Shown piece by piece: positions 27,283 through 29,763 of a stretch of DNA of 29,763 bases (position 1 is the first letter of the stretch; each line of letters opens with the position of its first letter). The stretch comes from Phycisphaerales bacterium (GTDB lineage: Bacteria; Planctomycetota; Phycisphaerae; WQYP01), in contig DAIDJN010000048.1 in assembly GCA_027451365.1 (NCBI GenBank), positions 1 to 29,763 of the forward strand, read 5' to 3'. A program made the position numbers and the translations under genes. The notes under the pieces are model-generated. The model saw only the letters and a program-made list of their open reading frames with translations. It was not told the origin of the DNA and ran no database searches.

Positions 27283-28317
27283 ATGAAAACCAGCATTCAG
27301 ACTCCGCCCACCGCAATTGCGCTGGCGGTGGACCTGCTGGTGGGCGGAAACCTCGTGGCGTTTCCCACCGAAACCGTTTACGGCCTTGGTGCCGATGCCC
27401 GACAGACGGCCGCCATTGAATTGGTCTATCGGGTGAAGGGCCGACCCGCCAATAATCCGCTGATTGTCCACGTGGCGGATATTCAGACCGCCCGGCAATG
27501 CGCTGGGGCCTTTCCACCAGCCGCCGAAATTCTGGCCTCGGCCTTCTGGCCCGGCCCGCTGACCATGGTGCTGCCGCGCGGACCGGCAATCTGCCCCGCC
27601 GCCTGCGCCGGATTAAATACCATGGCCATTCGTCTGCCCAACCATCCGATTGCGCTGGAAATATTGGGGCGCTTCGGCCATCCGGTTTGCGCGCCCAGCG
27701 CCAATTTAAGTGGACAGACTTCGCCAACCTCGGCGGCGCATGTCCTGACTGAACTTGACGGCTTAATTCCGCTGATTGTCGACGGCGGAAGCTGTACCGT
27801 CGGACTGGAATCGACCGTGGTGGACCTGACCGGTCCATCACCGGTGGTCCTGCGGCCCGGCGCAATTACCGCGGAAATGATTCAACGCGAACTTCTTAAC
27901 GCCGGATTCAACTCCCGCGTTGTCCTTGAATCCCCTATGACATCGGCCGACCGTGGAGACGCCATGGCCAGCCCCGGCCTGCTGGCGCGCCATTACGCCC
28001 CGCGCACTCCAGCATTCCGATTTGCCCGCACCGATGCCGACCGGGTCATTCATTGGCTGCAACAGCAGCCGCGCCAGTCCCGGATAGCGCTTCTGGCGTT
28101 TCCCGGCGGCCCGATATTTGAGGGAATCGCCGAACAGATGGTACTGCCCGCGGGCGGGGCCGCCTGCGCCCGGCAGTTGTACGCCATGCTTAGAAAAGCC
28201 GATGAGGGCCACTTTGACACCATTCTTCTGGAAATGCCCGAATTGCAAACGGGTGTCTGGGCGGCCATTATTGACCGCATGACACGCGCCACCCGGGAGC
28301 TTGCATCATATGCTTGA
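27283..28317 (+). CDS. sua5: L-threonylcarbamoyladenylate synthase (Sua5/TsaC2)
   Basis: FPTETVYGLG, KGRPANNPLIVH, FWPGPLT, APSAN, SPGLLARHYAP plus a C-terminal SUA5 domain. Confidence 0.95.
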   Translation: MKTSIQTPPTAIALAVDLLVGGNLVAFPTETVYGLGADARQTAAIELVYRVKGRPANNPLIVHVADIQTARQCAGAFPPAAEILASAFWPGPLTMVLPRGPAICPAACAGLNTMAIRLPNHPIALEILGRFGHPVCAPSANLSGQTSPTSAAHVLTELDGLIPLIVDGGSCTVGLESTVVDLTGPSPVVLRPGAITAEMIQRELLNAGFNSRVVLESPMTSADRGDAMASPGLLARHYAPRTPAFRFARTDADRVIHWLQQQPRQSRIALLAFPGGPIFEGIAEQMVLPAGGAACARQLYAMLRKADEGHFDTILLEMPELQTGVWAAIIDRMTRATRELASYA

Positions 28318-29458
28318 ACAAGCTGGCACATTGCGGCTCTCGCGTGAACGCACGGTTCACAATATTCATCTGTTCCGCAACAGGCTGCCCGCTTCCACTC
28401 AATTGTGCGCCACTGTGAAAGCCAATGCGTATGGCCATGGTGTCATGGAAATGACTCCACTGCTGGCAACCGCGGGAATAGACTGGTTTTGCGTTTATTC
28501 CATCGCCGAGGCTCTGGAAATTGCCAATCTCGTCGCGGGCAAACCAATTCTGGTCCTGGCTCCTTTGGTGCTGCCGGCGGGAACCGCCCCCCACCCTGAA
28601 TTACTGCGAGCATTTAACCAACTGCTTCACCGCACGAATATAAGAATAACACTGACAGATGAGCAATCCGCGCGACACCTGGCAACCCTGGTCAGCCACC
28701 TGCAACCGGCCGCGCCATTGCCCGTGCATATTCAGGTGGACACCGGCCTGACGCGCCAGGGTGCGGCCATGAATGAAGTTGAAATGCTATGCCGCACCGT
28801 GGCCGCACAACCCGCGCTGCGGCTCGAAGGACTTTTTGCGCATCTCTCCCATGGCGATATCCCGGCGGCCCCCGATTCACCCGCACAACTTCGCGCCTTT
28901 GCCGGACTGGCGGAAAGAATCAGGCTTTTTGCGCCGCACATCCTGCTTCATGCCCAGAACACCGGTGGTGCATGGCACTGGCCCGGCGAACCACTGGACA
29001 TGGTGCGATTGGGAATTGGCCTGTATGGCCTGCAACCGGCCGTTGAACATCCTATTCCCGCACTGGCACCTGTGGCCTGTCTGCAAGCGCCGATTACCGC
29101 CATTCATTCCCGTGCGCCTGGAACGGGAATTGGTTATGGCCACACCCATATTCTAAAGCGCGACAGCCGCGTGGCCGTCGTTCCCGTGGGATATGCAGAT
29201 GGCTATCCGCGCGCCCTGTCCAATCGGGCGCACGCGGAAATCAACCGCATACCGGTTCCGGTGATTGGCCGGGTCAGTATGGATCAGACCCTTCTGGATG
29301 TAACCGATGCACAGGCCACCATCGGCGACCAGGTCACGCTGGTCAGTTCCGATCCGGCGTCACCGTTGTGCATGGATGCGCTGGCATCACTCTGCGGCAC
29401 CATAGGTTATGAATTGGCCACCGGACTGGGCCGACGGCTGCGCCGGGTGGTCGAATAG
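28310..29458 (+). CDS. alr: Alanine racemase
   Basis: VKANAYGHG (PLP lysine), DTGLTRQG, MVRLGIGLYG, GYADG, GRVSMDQ, TIGYE. Confidence 0.96.
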   Translation: MLEQAGTLRLSRERTVHNIHLFRNRLPASTQLCATVKANAYGHGVMEMTPLLATAGIDWFCVYSIAEALEIANLVAGKPILVLAPLVLPAGTAPHPELLRAFNQLLHRTNIRITLTDEQSARHLATLVSHLQPAAPLPVHIQVDTGLTRQGAAMNEVEMLCRTVAAQPALRLEGLFAHLSHGDIPAAPDSPAQLRAFAGLAERIRLFAPHILLHAQNTGGAWHWPGEPLDMVRLGIGLYGLQPAVEHPIPALAPVACLQAPITAIHSRAPGTGIGYGHTHILKRDSRVAVVPVGYADGYPRALSNRAHAEINRIPVPVIGRVSMDQTLLDVTDAQATIGDQVTLVSSDPASPLCMDALASLCGTIGYELATGLGRRLRRVVE

Positions 29459-29500
29459 GCCATGCAGATAAGCCGCAAATAAAATGTATTGGAGGCACCC

Positions 29501-29620
29501 ATGGCGCATCAATTTCTGATCACGCGCGCAATACCGCACCAGGCGATCGACCTGTTGTCAAAACACGGGACGGTAACAGTCAACCCGCATGACCGCGTTC
29601 TGCATCCTGAAGAACTTATA
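29501..29620 (+). pseudogene. N-terminal fragment of a D-2-hydroxyacid dehydrogenase (glyoxylate reductase/D-glycerate dehydrogenase-like), apparently interrupted
   Basis: GGAGG RBS; MAHQFLITRAIPHQAIDLLSKHGTVTVNPHDRVLHPEELI resembles GyaR/GhrB N-termini. The frame stays open afterwards but the resemblance is lost. Confidence 0.6.
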
Positions 29621-29763
29621 GACCGTAGTTCCCCGCACGAAAAGCAGAAAACCCCTGCAAATACAGGGGTTTCCGTTGTTTTCGCCATTCACCGTACTGG
29701 GTACAACCCCAGCAGTTTCAAGGCTCGCTCCTGTAGGGGCGTTGCATCGCTGATGACGGTGAA
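29619..29763. mobile_element. Possible end of an inserted element of unidentified family
   Basis: Abrupt loss of dehydrogenase similarity at TTATA|GACCG; hairpin AAACCCCTG/CAGGGGTTT (29649-29672); inverted TTCACCGT/ACGGTGAA (29688-29695, 29756-29763). No transposase visible. Confidence 0.35.

Noticed and set aside
615..29156. Many antisense or out-of-frame ORFs (e.g. 5689-6657, 1885-2640, 12336-13058, 26464-27180)
   Set aside because: Shadow ORFs of well-supported genes in GC-rich DNA.

Overview
GC-rich bacterial chromosomal window; gene content suggests Planctomycetota/Phycisphaerae (inference only). The left 7 kb is a complete-looking type V-B CRISPR-Cas locus on the minus strand, ordered cas4-cas1 fusion > cas2 > large cas12b (about 1486 aa; RuvC D791/E1217/D1365 intact) > tracrRNA > leader > array (36-nt repeats, cut by the window edge). 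The tracrRNA can be read from the sequence: it has its own sigma70-like promoter, a Cas12b-type stem with a looped GUGUC anti-repeat, a long anti-repeat, and an unexpected second anti-repeat. The rest is mostly core/metabolic: aldehyde dehydrogenase; two CNNM/CBS proteins followed by a flavin halogenase-like gene and a fused KS/CLF-like ketosynthase; a degenerate JAB-like protein; galM; an ECF sigma/anti-sigma/PDZ trio; an NfeD pair; a B12-binding protein; pgk-rpe-fabI-sua5-alr; and a 2-hydroxyacid dehydrogenase start that breaks into structured, possibly mobile DNA at the right edge.
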